Source of the DNA: Octopus vulgaris | Lineage: Eukaryota | DNA: 64,000 bases | Assembly: GCA_951406725.2 (NCBI GenBank) | Contig: OX597817.1 | Span: 81,096,001-81,160,000, forward strand | Reading direction: 5' to 3' | Part shown: piece by piece, positions 30,365 to 43,831 of the stretch | Layout of the letters: each line of letters begins with the position of its first letter | Position numbering within the stretch: the stretch's first letter is position 1 | Position numbers and translations under genes: made by a program | Notes under the pieces: generated by a model | What the model saw: the letters and a program-made list of their open reading frames with translations, nothing else | Told to the model about the DNA's origin: nothing | Databases searched by the model: none

Positions 30365-30570
30365 TCCGCTTGTTTCTTTCTAATGTGTTGTCAATTCTGT
30401 ATTTGGTGTAATTTGTTTTGAGTGTATGTTCCTGCGCAGCACAGATGAGTGTGTCTGTGTCTGGTTTTAAGTCACTCTTCCTGAGTCAGTGCCACTTGCC
30501 ATCGGCGTCTGTATTCCACTTTACTTCTCTCGCAAACTGCCAGGACATATTTTTTCCATTGTATTTCCTT
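30365..30570 (-). pseudogene. R4/Dong-type LINE fragment
   Basis: 'W*LRKSDLKPDTDTLICAAQEHTLKTNYTKYRID' matches the conserved post-RT motif of R4/Dong elements. Confidence 0.65.
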
Positions 30571-30688
30571 TCATCTTCGTTACTCTTCTTTTTCTTTGTT
30601 CTGCTTTGTCTCCACGTAAGTTTGTGGTTCAGGTGAGAATATCATCATCATCATCATCATCATCATTATTATTATTATTATCATTATT

Positions 30689-30743
<55 letters not shown>

Positions 30744-30894
30744 CAAAAGCTGTAAAACAAATGAAATCCAGGATGAAAGGATGCCTTTCATCCTTTCGGT
30801 GTCGATAAATTAAGTACCAGTTGAGTACTGGGGTCGATGTAATCAACTATCCTCCTACTCCCAAATATCAGGCCTTGCACCTTTAGTACAAAGA

Positions 30895-30926
<32 letters not shown>

Positions 30927-31984
30927 AAGGAGAAAGAAAAGGAAGAAGAAGAAGAAGAAGAAGAAGAAGAAGAAGAAGAAGAAGAAGAAGAAGAAGAAGA
31001 AGAAGAAGAAGAAGAAGAACCGGGGATGGATGTAGTGATGGATGTAGTAGCGTCGATGAAAGTGGAGGCGGCCGCAATGAAGGCTGTGCTGAAGGAGGCG
31101 GTAAATGTGGTTGTGAAGGCGGCGGTAGAAGTATTGGGGGTCCGATAAAGATTGTGGTGCTATGTGTAAGTAATGTGTTGAGGAAAGGAGGTGAAACACG
31201 AAGACGTAGAAGGGGAAAGAAAAAAAAAACTTTAAATGTCAGTATATACTGAGAGATTATTTAAAAGAAAAAAAAACACGGAAAAAAAAAGTAAATCTTG
31301 AGCAGTTAGTTTTATTTGTGGTCCGTCGATAACTGGCATAATGAAATGTATTGAAATATCGCCAGAAGGAAGACATCCAAAGAGCCAGAAGAGAGAAAGA
31401 TATAGACAGAAGCAGAGAGAGAGTTAGAGAGAGAGACAGTGAGAGAGTGAGAGGGAGTGAAGAAGGGAAGGAGGGAGAGAGAGAGAGAAATAGGGGAAGG
31501 GCTGAGAGAGAGAGGGAGGGGATGGGGGAGGAAGACGGGCAATATAAAATCATAGTCTACCATTTTCTTCCGTAACTGCTTTCTTCTGGCAAATGTGTTG
31601 TAGTGTATAACAGAGATTGTCTATTTGATGGGTTTGCATACATGTGTGCGTATGCGCACGTGTGTGTGTGTGTATATATATATGTATGCTTGTATATATG
31701 TATATGAATGTAATAATGTTTTATATATATATGTATATGCATATATTTATATATATATATTGTGTGTGTGCGTTTACTTTTAACCTTATATATATATATA
31801 TATATATATATACATACATACACACATACATACATACATACATACATACATACATACATACATACATACATAATACTATATATACATACTATACGCTTGA
31901 CTATATACGTTTGGGTATATGTGTATGCTTGTGCGTTTGTGTTTTTAGAGATTTGTTGATATATATATAATATATACGCATACA

Positions 31985-32022
<38 letters not shown>

Positions 32023-32404
32023 TACATATATACATACACACCATACACACACTGGTATGTGTGGGGGTGCGCGCGCATAATGTGTGAAAGAGACGAAGAA
32101 AGAACGGACAGAGAATGAGGGAGGGAGAGAGGGAAAGAGAGCATATGTGTGTGCACGTATCTTTGTGTCTGTGTTTGTGTGTGTCCGTGTGTATTTGTGT
32201 GTGTTTGTGTTTGTCTGGTCTGTTTGTCTGGACATATAGTGATCGAGAAAGCATTATACTGCATTACTGGTGGTGTTGGACCTTAAGAAGATAACAAAAA
32301 CTAAAAGATCTTCCCACGTATTTGTGTCTATCCATTTATTATATTTGTTGTTAGTCTAACCTGTTAGCCTGTTTTTCAAGGTGACGCCAGAAAAAATACT
32401 CAGC

Positions 32405-33565
32405 CGCATTTCGCCCGTCTTTATATTCTGAGTTCAAATTCCGCCGAGGTCGACTGTGTTTCCCATCCTATCCTTTCGAAGTCGGTGAAATAAGAACCAC
32501 TTGATTACTGGAGTTGTAGTAATTAACTAGTTCCTTCTCACGAAATTGCTGGCTTTGTGCCAAAATTTGAAACTATTGAGTTGTCCGGAAAGTTCGTGCC
32601 GATTTTTTAAGGAAAGAAAAATGTCAATAATTACTTGCCATTACATTTTCAATCAACAAAATATGAACCATTTTGTTGCACAATGCGTCTCCATTTTTTC
32701 TTTAACTTGAAAATACCCTCTTCCCAGAATTGAGTTGGTTTCATGGCAAAGAATTCATCAAGGTATCTTTTTGCATCATCCAGGGAATTGAAATTTTCAC
32801 TATTAAGACAATTCTGCAGAGACCTGAATAAGTGGAAATCCGAAAGAGCAATATCTGATGAATATGGAGGGTGTGGTAATACATCCCAGCCGAGCTGCAG
32901 CAATTTTTGTCTGGTTCCCAAAGCATCAAGTGCCGAAAATGAACTTTCTCATCTTCCATTTTAAAGGGTTACAAAATTAACACATGTTATAGGAACATAA
33001 ACCTTCTTCCACGAAAAGATAGCTTAAATTGTGCTCTAAATGGAGGTGTAGTCAAATCCTACTTAATGGACTCAACCATGTTCTAAAATAAGTCGAAAGG
33101 TAAGCTACTATAAATCGACACGAACTTTCCGGACAACCCAATATTATTAAGGCGGCAAGGTGGCAGATTCGTTAGCACAACGGACAAAATACTTCGTGGA
33201 ATTTTTTCCTGTTTCACGTTCTGAGTTCAAATTTCGCCGAGGTCAAGTTTGCTTTTCATCTTTTGGAGTCGATAAATTAAGTACTCTTCAAGCACTGGGG
33301 TTGATGTAATCGACTACACCCTCCCCCGAAATTGTTGGCTTTGAGCCAAAATTTGAAACTATTACCAAGGCAGCAAGATGGCAGATTCGTTAGCACGTCG
33401 GACAGAATACTTTACAGCATTTCTTCCGGCTTTACGTTCAAATTCCGCCGAGGTCAAGTTTGCGTTTCATCCTTTTGGAGTCGATAAATTAAGTACCTAT
33501 TAAGCACTGGAGTTGGTGTAGTTCCGTATTAAGAAAATGCCAAGCCTTATGCCTGAAGTAGAAAG
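32405..33565 (+). mobile_element. Head-to-tail array of three SINE-B copies with a mariner in the first junction
   Basis: SINE-B units at about 32405-32575, 33150-33360 and 33368-33565. Confidence 0.75.
32576..33141 (-). mobile_element. Internally deleted mariner transposon (566 bp)
   Basis: TIR ttgagttgtccggaaagttcgtgccgattt / aaatcgacacgaactttccggacaacccaa with TA on both sides. N-terminal MEDEKVHFRHLML is joined to C-terminal 'LGWDVLPHPPYSSDIALSDFHLFRSLQN' (YSPDLAP motif). Confidence 0.92.
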
Positions 33566-33852
33566 TATTTTATTTGTTTTGCGTATGTTTTCTTTGTTTT
33601 CTTTTGAAACTTACCTGGGGGTTATTATGATGAAGGTAAAGAGGCTATCTTTTGATTGGCTGACAGCCAAATAATTATCAGACCATTATTCTATCTACAG
33701 TTATATAATTCTTAGATCATCTTAGGAATCACAGGAATCATTATCCCTTACTAAATGCAAATCGTAGGGTGAAAAAAATAAGAAACAATAAGCAGCTGTC
33801 GGTACTTCTATCGGCGATGTAAGCCCCAGGTGAGTTAAACCTTTTGCTACCA

Positions 33853-34720
33853 TAGATCACTTTAATCCCTTTGTTACCATATTTCTGTTGAAATACACTA
33901 CCTATGTTTTTACTAATCTATATATATAATGCTGAAGTTGTCTATGTGTGGCAGGTTTGGTAGCCTTCAACTAACACTATCTCTTCCGAGACCCTGCGGC
34001 GTAAGTTGACCAAAATTGAGAGTATGATAGTAGACGGCTTGCTCTTCATTCCTTAGAAGATAAAATTCAAATCGGACCATGTTAAGACCAAAAACTATTT
34101 ACATCAAAAAGGTGCTTTTTTTCTACGAAAATCCCTATTTTTTACGATTTTTTTACTGCTGCGTCGCCATTTTTCGGTGTACTTCAACCAGAAAAATGTT
34201 CACTTAAAGAGAATAACAAGCTACATAATGCAAAATTCCAATTCTAAAAAGTCGAAACAAACCCGAGCAACACCGGGCGATATTGCTAGTTTTAAAAATA
34301 ATGAAGAATTTATTTTATTAATTTTGGCCCGCATTAGTGTTTGGAACATAAATTAACATGACATTTTGTAGGAAAGTTTTAATTTAGATCACTTTAACCT
34401 CTTTGTTACCATATTTCTGTTAAATTTTATTGACTTTGTTCCGACTAATTTTCAAAAAAGGAAGAATTTATTTAAATGATTTTGGCACTTTTCAGCTGAT
34501 GTTTAGAACGTAAATTAAAACAAAATTTTCATGTAAGGTTTTAATTAGATCATTTTAACCATTTTTGTTACCATGTTTCTGTTGAAATACACCTTTGTTT
34601 CAATTAATTTTCAAAATAATGAAGAATTTAGTAAAATATCATGGCATTCTTAAGCTGATGTTTAGAACATAAGTTAACATGAAATTTTGATGCAAAGTTT
34701 TACATTAAATCCCTTTAAGA
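33853..34720. repeat. About 160-bp tandem repeat (three-plus units)
   Basis: 'tagatcactttaa..cctttgttaccatatttctgttgaaatacac' at 33853, 34385 and 34546, with a partial unit at 34706. Confidence 0.85.
33917..34289 (+). mobile_element. Non-autonomous Helitron (373 bp)
   Basis: 5' TC, 3' hairpin cccgagcaacaccggg and terminal CTAG. Inserted between A and T with no TSD; removing it restores the 160-bp repeat unit. Confidence 0.85.
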
Positions 34721-35074
34721 CAAAGATTTGTGTCACAGAATCAATAGCGGTTTCAGGCAGGCTGCTTTCAACTATGATGATACTGTCTTCATGTTCTTTT
34801 TCTTTTCATGCATGTTTTTCTCCAAATACAACGATGGTGTCTAGATGCTGAGAAGAGGCTACCGATATACAGCAGAGATTCAACAACGTCGACAAACAGA
34901 TAAACTTTGAAATGAATGCCCAGAAGAGTACGAAACCTGATCGAGTCGTCTTTTTACAAAAAATAAGAGGAAGTTCCATCCGGGGACCATGCCCTATTTA
35001 GAAATATATTGTCAAATGTGTACTTTCATATAAACTTTATAAGGTGTGCTTTGTGGTAGATTTGGTTACTAATT

Positions 35075-35260
35075 AGGTGGTGTTATTAAGTCGCAATAGA
35101 TGTTTTCAATTCCCGTATTGAGTTACATTTGATGCTATTAAACCCCGATTGGCGGCGCTATTACGTCCCAGGTGGTACTCTTAAGTCTAAGACTGTGTTA
35201 TTAAGTCCCAAATGATGATATTAAGTCCCAGTCGATAATTTTAAGTCCTTGGTGGATGTA
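35075..35260. repeat. Degenerate 21-bp minisatellite
   Basis: Recurring '..gtg(t/c)tattaagtccc' at about 21-bp spacing. Confidence 0.6.
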
Positions 35261-36069
35261 TTCTTTTCCAGCTGGTGTCCAGCTCATTCTTCTTGAGAAT
35301 TATTAAAGGTACTAGCTGGCCCCGTGCCGTCAAAAATGACGACTAATTGTAGTGTTTTATACATAAATATGAATGGTAAATCAAATTAATACACTTGTCA
35401 ATGTTAATCTAGTGATTGTCTTTTGAGATGTGATATCGATCATCGTTTGTTACTGAAAGAACACTGGTTCACACATACATTCACATACTTCCACTTGTAC
35501 ACGCACACACATTTACTCACACAGAGTTGAAACGCTGTTTGATTTTTCTTTTCCTCATTGAATGTTCACCATCCCACTTCCATTGCACACGCGCACACAC
35601 ACACACACACACGCACAAACACACACACACACATATACACACACACATACAAACATTCACATACCTCCTTTTTGCATACACACACATATACTCACACAGA
35701 GTTGAAACGCTCCCACTACCAGTTTGCCATCACCCCTTCCTTCCTTATTGATCTATCACACCTTTCTTTCTCATTCATATGTTGTGACAGAGAAAAACAC
35801 GAATATTATTATAGCAAAAGATATGTATCTATAGAATGGCCAACCGCTAACGCGTTAATTCAGGAACAGGTAATTCAGGTGATCGAACAACTGAATCCTC
35901 ACCGTCGAACGATGGAGATCCACCATATACTGCTTGAGTTAACAATTCTATAACACGGAGGATTAATCCTTTGACTGTTGTCCAACATTGTCAAAGAACA
36001 GAATATCTTTCTTCATTCAGGCTTTTGTCTCCTTGTGACGTCCTCGACGGATTGAGAACGAGAATTATT

Positions 36070-37089
36070 CTTACTGCTGCTACCGCTGCTACTGCTGCTA
36101 CTGCTGCTACTGCTGCTGTTGCTGATGATGATGACGACGCCGTCGGTGGCGGCGGTGGAGGCGGCGTCGTGGTAGTGGTGGTGGTGTATTGGTGGCGGCG
36201 ACGGCGGCCGTGATGGTGGTGGTGTTGGTGGTGGTGGTAATGATGATGAGGAGGAGGAGGAGGAGGGTGGTGGTGGTGGTGGTTGCAGTGATGGTGATGA
36301 CAACGGTTGTTGCGATGATGATGATGATGATGACGATGATGATAATGATGACGAGGAAGAGGAGGAGGAAGTGAAGGAAGAAGAGGAGGAAGAAGGAGAA
36401 GGAAGAAAAGGAGAAGGAGATGTGGAAGAAGGTTTATGAGCGTAATGATTATGATGATGATGATTATGACGAATACGATGATGACGATGATGATGATGGC
36501 GATGATAACTGTAAGCAATGTCAAAGAGAATAAAACCTTATACCTTAGCTATCTGTTTCTTCTTTCTCCGTCACCGCCATCATTGCCTCCTCCTCCTCCG
36601 CCGCCGCCGTCGCCGCCACTACCATCACTAAGACTATCTCCAGTTTACGTGCCCACTCGCTTCTTCTCTCCTCTTTCCTTCATCTTCCTCTTGCTGCCAC
36701 TCTACCACCACCGCCGCCGCCGCCGCCGCCACCATCCCCAAGGGATATTATTTACCAATTTTCTAAATGTTGATTCTAATGTAAGCTGATGTCAAACGCT
36801 AGCGTCAGCCTTTTTAACCTGCAGACATCATCATCTTATAACAATGGAAAGGAAGGAGAAAAGGAAAGGGAGAAGCTAAGGGAGAAGGAGAAGAAAAAGG
36901 AGAGAGAGAGAGAGAGAATGAGGAGGAAGAGAAGAAGAAATACGGTGTGTCCACAGTTGCAGAGTGGTTTACGAATATAAACAACCAAGCAGACAGGCGT
37001 TATATCAGGTTTAACTGTGAGATACAGCGCTAAAATTAAGATTATTGACTTGACCCGAGCATCGTAGTTGTCTTCGCTCTCATCATCTT

Positions 37090-37121
<32 letters not shown>

Positions 37122-37665
37122 GCAGCACCACCATTGTCGTTGTGGTCGTCGTTGGTGGAAGCGGCGCAAGCAGCGGCGAATGGTATCATCATCATCATTG
37201 TGATCATCATCGACGTCGTTTTTATCGTTTTCACCACCAACACACACCATCATCATCATCCTCATCAGCATCAGCATCATCATCATGTTTAAAGTCTTTA
37301 TCTTCATCAATGCCATTCATCATCATCGCCCAGTTTTGCCACTATCACCACCCTCACCACCACCACCACCATCACCACCGCCACCACCATCACCGCCGCC
37401 GCCGCCGCCGCCACCATCATCATCATCATCGTCGTCATGAACATCATCATTACCAAGAACAACATTAACATCAACACTGCCTACACTACCACCACCAGTA
37501 ACAACAACAACAACATCACCGTCTACTACTTCCTCCCCCTCCTTCTCTTCCTCCTCCTTCCCTTCCTCCCCTCCTCCTCCTCATCATCATCATCGTCGTC
37601 GTCGTCGTTGTCATCATCAACAACAACGTCGTTGTCATCGGCGTCGTTGCCGCAGTCGTCGTCAT
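36070..37665. repeat. Mosaic trinucleotide-repeat region (GCT, GGT, GAT, GAG, CCG, CAT, CAG)
   Basis: Seen directly, interspersed with short unique islands. Confidence 0.9.
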
Positions 37666-37994
37666 AGTTAACTTGGTCGCCATTGTAAAAAAAAATGTTT
37701 CTTGTCAAAAATCGTCGTTTTGTATAAGTATGCGAACCAAACTGATTCTCGAATAACGGAATGACAGTGCATTATCTGTTAACGAATGCTCTTCCAAAGT
37801 GTCATTCCTTAATTCACAAAGATTTAACCGATGATCCTCCAAACCACCACTTGTTATGGGAAAGAATTTTTAAGAACACGATGTGATGTTACTTCTCTCA
37901 TTTCTCATTTCTCTCCTCCTCCCCCTCCCCTTTGACAGTCAGAAACTTTCATACATGTAAATATGTGTGCGTGTGTTATGTTTGTGTGTGTATG

Positions 37995-38028
<34 letters not shown>

Positions 38029-38500
38029 TGTGTGTAAGTATGTATGTATGTGTGTATGTATGTATGCACGTATGTATGTATGCATGTATGCATTTATGTA
38101 TGTATGTATGCATGTATATATGTGCTTAAGCATTTATGTATGTATGTATGCATGTATGTATGTATGTATGTATGTGCTTAAGCATTTATGTATGTATGTA
38201 TGTATGTATGTATGTATGTATGTATGTATGTATGTATGTATGTATGTATGTATGTATGTATGTATGTATGTATGTATGTATGTATGTATGTATGTGCTTA
38301 TGCATTTATGTATGTATGCATGTATACTTTCCACCCTTTCTGTGGAGAAGAGTAAACTCGAAACGTCAAAGACTTCTTCCATTTTTCCATAGCGTCAAAC
38401 TACTCTATCCTGTTTGTTGTTCTTACACCTGTCTCTGTCTTTTTGTATATCTTTTGCATATTTTTGAACCATCATATATATGTGTGTGTGTGCGTGCGCG

Positions 38501-38533
<33 letters not shown>

Positions 38534-38542
38534 ATATTTATG

Positions 38543-38605
<63 letters not shown>

Positions 38606-38811
38606 GTATATATATCTATATATATATGTATGCATATATATATGTATATATATATATATGTATATATATATGTAAGTATGTGTATATATATTATATATAT
38701 GCATGTATTTATATATACATATATATGAGAAATTATGATTACCTCCAATATATATATATATATATAAAGAGAGAAAAAAAATTAAGTTATTTTATTTCAC
38801 GTGGGTAGAAA

Positions 38812-40888
38812 TATAGGAAAAATAGAACTTGAAAATGCATTCAGAATAGTTAAAATATGTTTTATTATTATATTTAAAGATTTCGCCGGTTTCACAGTTT
38901 ACACTGATTTTTCAAAAATTTGAAATATCAGGTCATCCCATAAGTTCTGTCCGATTTTACCTTTTTAAAATTGAATGAAATTTAATTGTATTTTAGAATG
39001 TCTAATGAAATTTTAAAATTATTTTTATGCATTTGTGTACATTTAAACTAATTAAATATTATTTTACAGAATAATAGAATTAAAATTTCTTTGATTAAAA
39101 CCCTTTCTAACATGGAAGTATCCAAAGAGATTTAAGGCACATAATGCTTTATGAGTACAAAGAAGGAAACTCTGCAGCTGAAGCGACTCAAAACATACAC
39201 TCAGTTTATGGGAAAGAATGCTTGAATGAAAGAACTTGCAAAAGATGGTTTGCAAAATTCAAAAGTGGAGATTTCAGCCTTGAAGTTGAAGAATGAACAG
39301 GAGTTGAGTTTGATGATAAGCTCCTTGAGGTATTACTTGAAGAAAATCCTACATTATCAGTTGAAGAATTGGCAATAAAGCTTAGTTCAAACCATAAAAC
39401 TGTTCGTCGTCATCTTCAACAACTTAGAAAGGTTCCTAAACATGGAAAATGGGTGCCTCATGAATTGTCCGAAAGCAACCAACCACAAATCCAGAGTTGA
39501 CATCTGCTCTTCTCTCCATTCTCGCAAACTCATTTCACCCTTTTTGAACAGACTTGTGACTGGTGACGAAAATTGGATCTTCTATCGAAATGTTAAACGT
39601 CGTAAACAGTAGCTTGGTAAAAGAGGAAAAGCTCAACCACAACCAAAAAGGGAACTTCATGGAAAAAAAGGTCCTTCTCTCTATCTGGCGAGATTACAAA
39701 GGAGTAATTCACTTTGAATTGTTACCACCTGATGCAACAATCCATGATCAAGTCTACTGTCAGTAATTAGAGCTTTTGAAACAAGCTTTGAAGGAAAAAA
39801 GACCCGCTTTAGTGAATCGAAAAGGTGTGATGCTTCATCAGGACAATGCGCGACCCCACACTGCAAAGATGACATCAAAGAAGATCGAAGAGCTTGGTTG
39901 GAAAAAATTCCTTATTCACCTTATTCTCCCGACCTTGCTCCTTCAGACTATCATTTGTTTCGTAGTTTACAGAATCATTTGGGGGACATAACTTTCGCAA
40001 GCTAGGAGGTCGAAAATGACATTTCAGAGTACTTCGCTTTGAAACCAAAAGAGTTTTACATTGATGGGATTAAGAAGCTTGTAAATAGATGGAAGGAAGT
40101 CATAGATAATCGAGGAAAGTACATTGATGATTAAATTTCAATTAAATATAACATTTGATCGCTTGTTTTCTTTATTAAAAATTCGGACAGAACTTATGGC
40201 ATGGCCTGATAGAAAGACGTGGCTTATGTCGGCAGCTGTCTTCTGACTAGTGTTTGAAGCATGCGCTATTTTTATAGGGGAGTTCTTGGCTCAAATTAGT
40301 ATATGTTTTGAATAAGGTTTGACTGGTAGAGGATAGTCACATGACTAGTCTTAGAAATTTTTATAGGTTCCCTACTACGTCCGTGTATTAGCATCAAGTG
40401 ACAATGTTTAACGTCGCAAGTTAAGGTTGCCACAGTTGACTGAACAAGTCTAGAGGTGGTACTAAACAATCAATGGTCTGAATGTTTTCTGTTAAGTATT
40501 TGTAGAGAAAAGTATTTGTATTCTCTACAAACACTTAAGTTTAGAACCTTGTGTACGTTTCCCGCTACATCCGAGCGTTAGTGTCACGTGGTAGTATATT
40601 TTGCGCCTAAAATGAAGGCCGACACGGTTGAGTGAGCATGTCTAGTTACAATCAAGGCACTCCAAATATAATCAAACCCTATTCAAAACATATACAAGTT
40701 TGAGCCATGAACCCCCTATAAAAATAAGGCAAGATTCAAACACTAGCCAGAAGCAAAACAGCTGTGACATAGGCTAAATCTTTCTATTTCAAATTTTTGA
40801 AAATCAGTGTAAACTGTGAAACCATCTAAATCTTTAACTATAATAATAAAAAATATTTTAACTCAGTGCGTTTTCAACTGCTTTTATT

Positions 40889-40892
<4 letters not shown>
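38812..40892. mobile_element. Long-inverted-repeat element (arms about 225 bp) with degenerate HHR motifs, interrupted by a mariner
   Basis: Left arm 38812-38927 plus 40212-40325 is the reverse complement of the right arm 40670-40892. There is a central hairpin at about 40491-40538. (TA)n follows the right end. Confidence 0.75.
38928..40209 (+). mobile_element. Full-length mariner (1282 bp) with a decayed DD34D transposase (about 39112-40134)
   Basis: TIR tcaggtcatcccataagttctgtccgatttt / aaaattcggacagaacttatggcatggcctga; TA TSD; motifs WVPHEL, TGDENW, HQDNARPH and YSPDLAPSDYHLF; multiple stops and frameshifts. Confidence 0.95.
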
Positions 40893-40926
<34 letters not shown>

Positions 40927-41606
40927 CAGTTTATATGGTTTTAGCCAAGTTAACCTTTATGTATTTGGATTCATCTTAAAACACTTATCTATAGCTTCAT
41001 AATTTATTTAAACATGTAATTTTAGCTCTTATTATATCATCCACCTGAACAGTATGTTCCAACACAGCATTTGATTTTTAAAACTTCTTAAATTTCTCAT
41101 GTTGCTAAAAGCTTTAAGATTTAAGTAACTCTTTTATATAAATTCTTTAGATTAACTCTGATTAGAGAAATATAGATGATTGTTATGGTTGGAATCAACT
41201 CGCCCATACCAACCTATATCTTCTCGAAACGGCCCTCAGTCTTTGCACCAGCTCAAGATTCCTTTTAAAATCATTTTATACCAACTTTCTCATCTATTTG
41301 GATTACCTCTATACATTCACCATCATCATAGTTTAGTATCGTCACTGATTTTAATACGGACATACAACGTCGCAAGTACGTTTATGTATTTATATACTTA
41401 TATATGTATACATTTTTATATTATATCTTGTGAATATGAACGCACCTATATATGCTGTGGAGTATTCCGACGCTTTGAAATATATTGAGTGAATATGAAC
41501 ACTGGCCTTTGAAATTTGTTCTCTCTTGGTTTATATTGCTGGGGCTCTATTAGAGCGCTAATTAGTTGTGCTGTATAAGGAGAATAATTATCCTATTTAT
41601 TTCTTC

Positions 41607-41637
<31 letters not shown>

Positions 41638-41639
<2 letters not shown>

Positions 41640-42464
41640 TGCTGAAACCACACACGTCGAATAAGCATACGTTTTCGTCGTAATTCAGACACAAAGAAGT
41701 TGTTTATCATCTCGATGTAACGCTCGGAATTCACAGTAACAGCATTTCCATTATTTTCTTCAAAAAAGTAAGGACTAGTGACGGCAGCTTTTCCAACAGC
41801 ACACCAGACCGTCACTTTTGTGTTGTACAGTAGTCTTTCGTGCAGTTCTCTTGGATTTTCAAGAGCCCAATAACGACACTTCTGTTGGTTCACCATGCCA
41901 TTGAGATAAAAATGAGCTTCATCACTCGTTAACAAAATGAGGTTGACATTTGCCTCAAAAACTGCTTCCATCTCACGGGGGAAGTTAAGCCGCTGTGCAC
42001 AGTCCCATGGTTTCAACTGTTGCCCAATGACCAATTTGTACGGATGGAAATGCAGGCCTTCATACAAAATACACCTTATCGATCGATTACCGATGCTAAG
42101 TTCAGTGAAATACATCCGAGTAGAGCGATTTGGACTCCATATCAACACTTGTCTGGCGCGTTCCACATTTTCTGGGGTCCGTACCGTTCGTGGCGCCCCC
42201 ACCAGTCTCCTATTCATTAGTGTATCTCGTGTACAGAGTACATTCACCCAACGTTACGGGTGAGAACAACCTGATTTCGGTGAATGTTGAAGTGACACCG
42301 AAACTCACGCTCAACTGTCGTAACAGTCGTAGGCAAACACGCGATGCTCTATCGTCCACAGCGCCGTGATTAGACACCAAGACCGAATGGTACCAGTCAG
42401 ACATACGTCTCTCCCACTGAGTAATAGCAATTTCAAAAACATCCGTCTTCTCTGCCCCACCCTG
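41638..42464 (-). mobile_element. Truncated Tc1/mariner element, probably rosa/DD41D-like
   Basis: End TA-CAGGGTG at 42464-42466. ORF 'SDEAHFYLNGMVNQQ..RYWA.ENP...KVTVWC...PYFF...TVNSERY..M...WFQQD' is cut off by (TA)n right after the second Asp, so the spacing cannot be confirmed. Confidence 0.85.
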
Positions 42465-42846
42465 TACAAAAACCACATCTCAACATGCTTTAGAACATTG
42501 AAATGTAGTAAAACAAAAAGCATAGACACACGTATACAGAAACGTCCACTGCAAATCCTATGGCAGTCATGTGGTTAAATAATTATATTCAACTCTTGCA
42601 TCTTCTGGCTTTATATTTATACACACTGCTTTCGAAATAATTCCATCTCTCGGACTCTCTGGATTTTCAATAACATGGACACTCTACATTACACTTCTTT
42701 GTATTTGATTGCTATGCAGTCTGATAGCCGAGTCTGTAAGAGAAGCTTTTTGTGATAGATGTATGATTCTCTGAAACCGCATCGTATACTTCTCATTTGT
42801 ATATACATACATATAGGTAGACAGATAGACAGACAGACAGACAGAC

Positions 42847-42920
<74 letters not shown>

Positions 42921-43044
42921 TTTGAGCGAGGTGTATAATATACAGATATTTGAATACATAAAAATGGGTAACATAATATGTGTGTGTGTATATTATATAT
43001 ATGTGTGTGTGTGCATCTATATTTTATGAATATATATACTCACT

Positions 43045-43085
<41 letters not shown>

Positions 43086-43089
43086 ACAC

Positions 43090-43152
<63 letters not shown>

Positions 43153-43536
43153 GATATATTTCCAATATGTCAATTTTATACGCGTGAATGACAGTATATG
43201 TTTTGAGGGCTTAAAAAATATTCTCTTTGTTTTCAAAAATTTCAGACTATTTACAGAAAAACCACTCCCCCTCCCCTCCAAACCGAACAACAACAAAAAG
43301 ACCATCAATATATTTCCACTATAACAATTGTAAATCATACAATAGGAACGGCAGTAAAAAGTTTTTCTTAAAAGATATATTCGGTGTGTGCTTGCATATA
43401 TCATACATAGCCGCATATGCGTATATGTACATGTGCATGCGTGTGTGTATCTACATACATGTGTATAGTTATATGTGAAAGAGTTTAAATATATATGTAT
43501 GTGTGTATGCAAATATATGTGTAAATGAGTATATAT

Positions 43537-43635
<99 letters not shown>

Positions 43636-43710
43636 TACATATAGATATATGTATGTATATATATATGTATATATATATGTATATATATATGTATACATAT
43701 ATATATATAT

Positions 43711-43761
<51 letters not shown>

Positions 43762-43792
43762 TATATATATATATATATATATATATCTACAA

Positions 43793-43831
<39 letters not shown>

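Noticed and set aside
35991-37667. His/Pro/Ala-rich ORFs resembling transcription-factor low-complexity regions
   Set aside because: No DNA-binding domain in any frame, and frames close in the unique islands.
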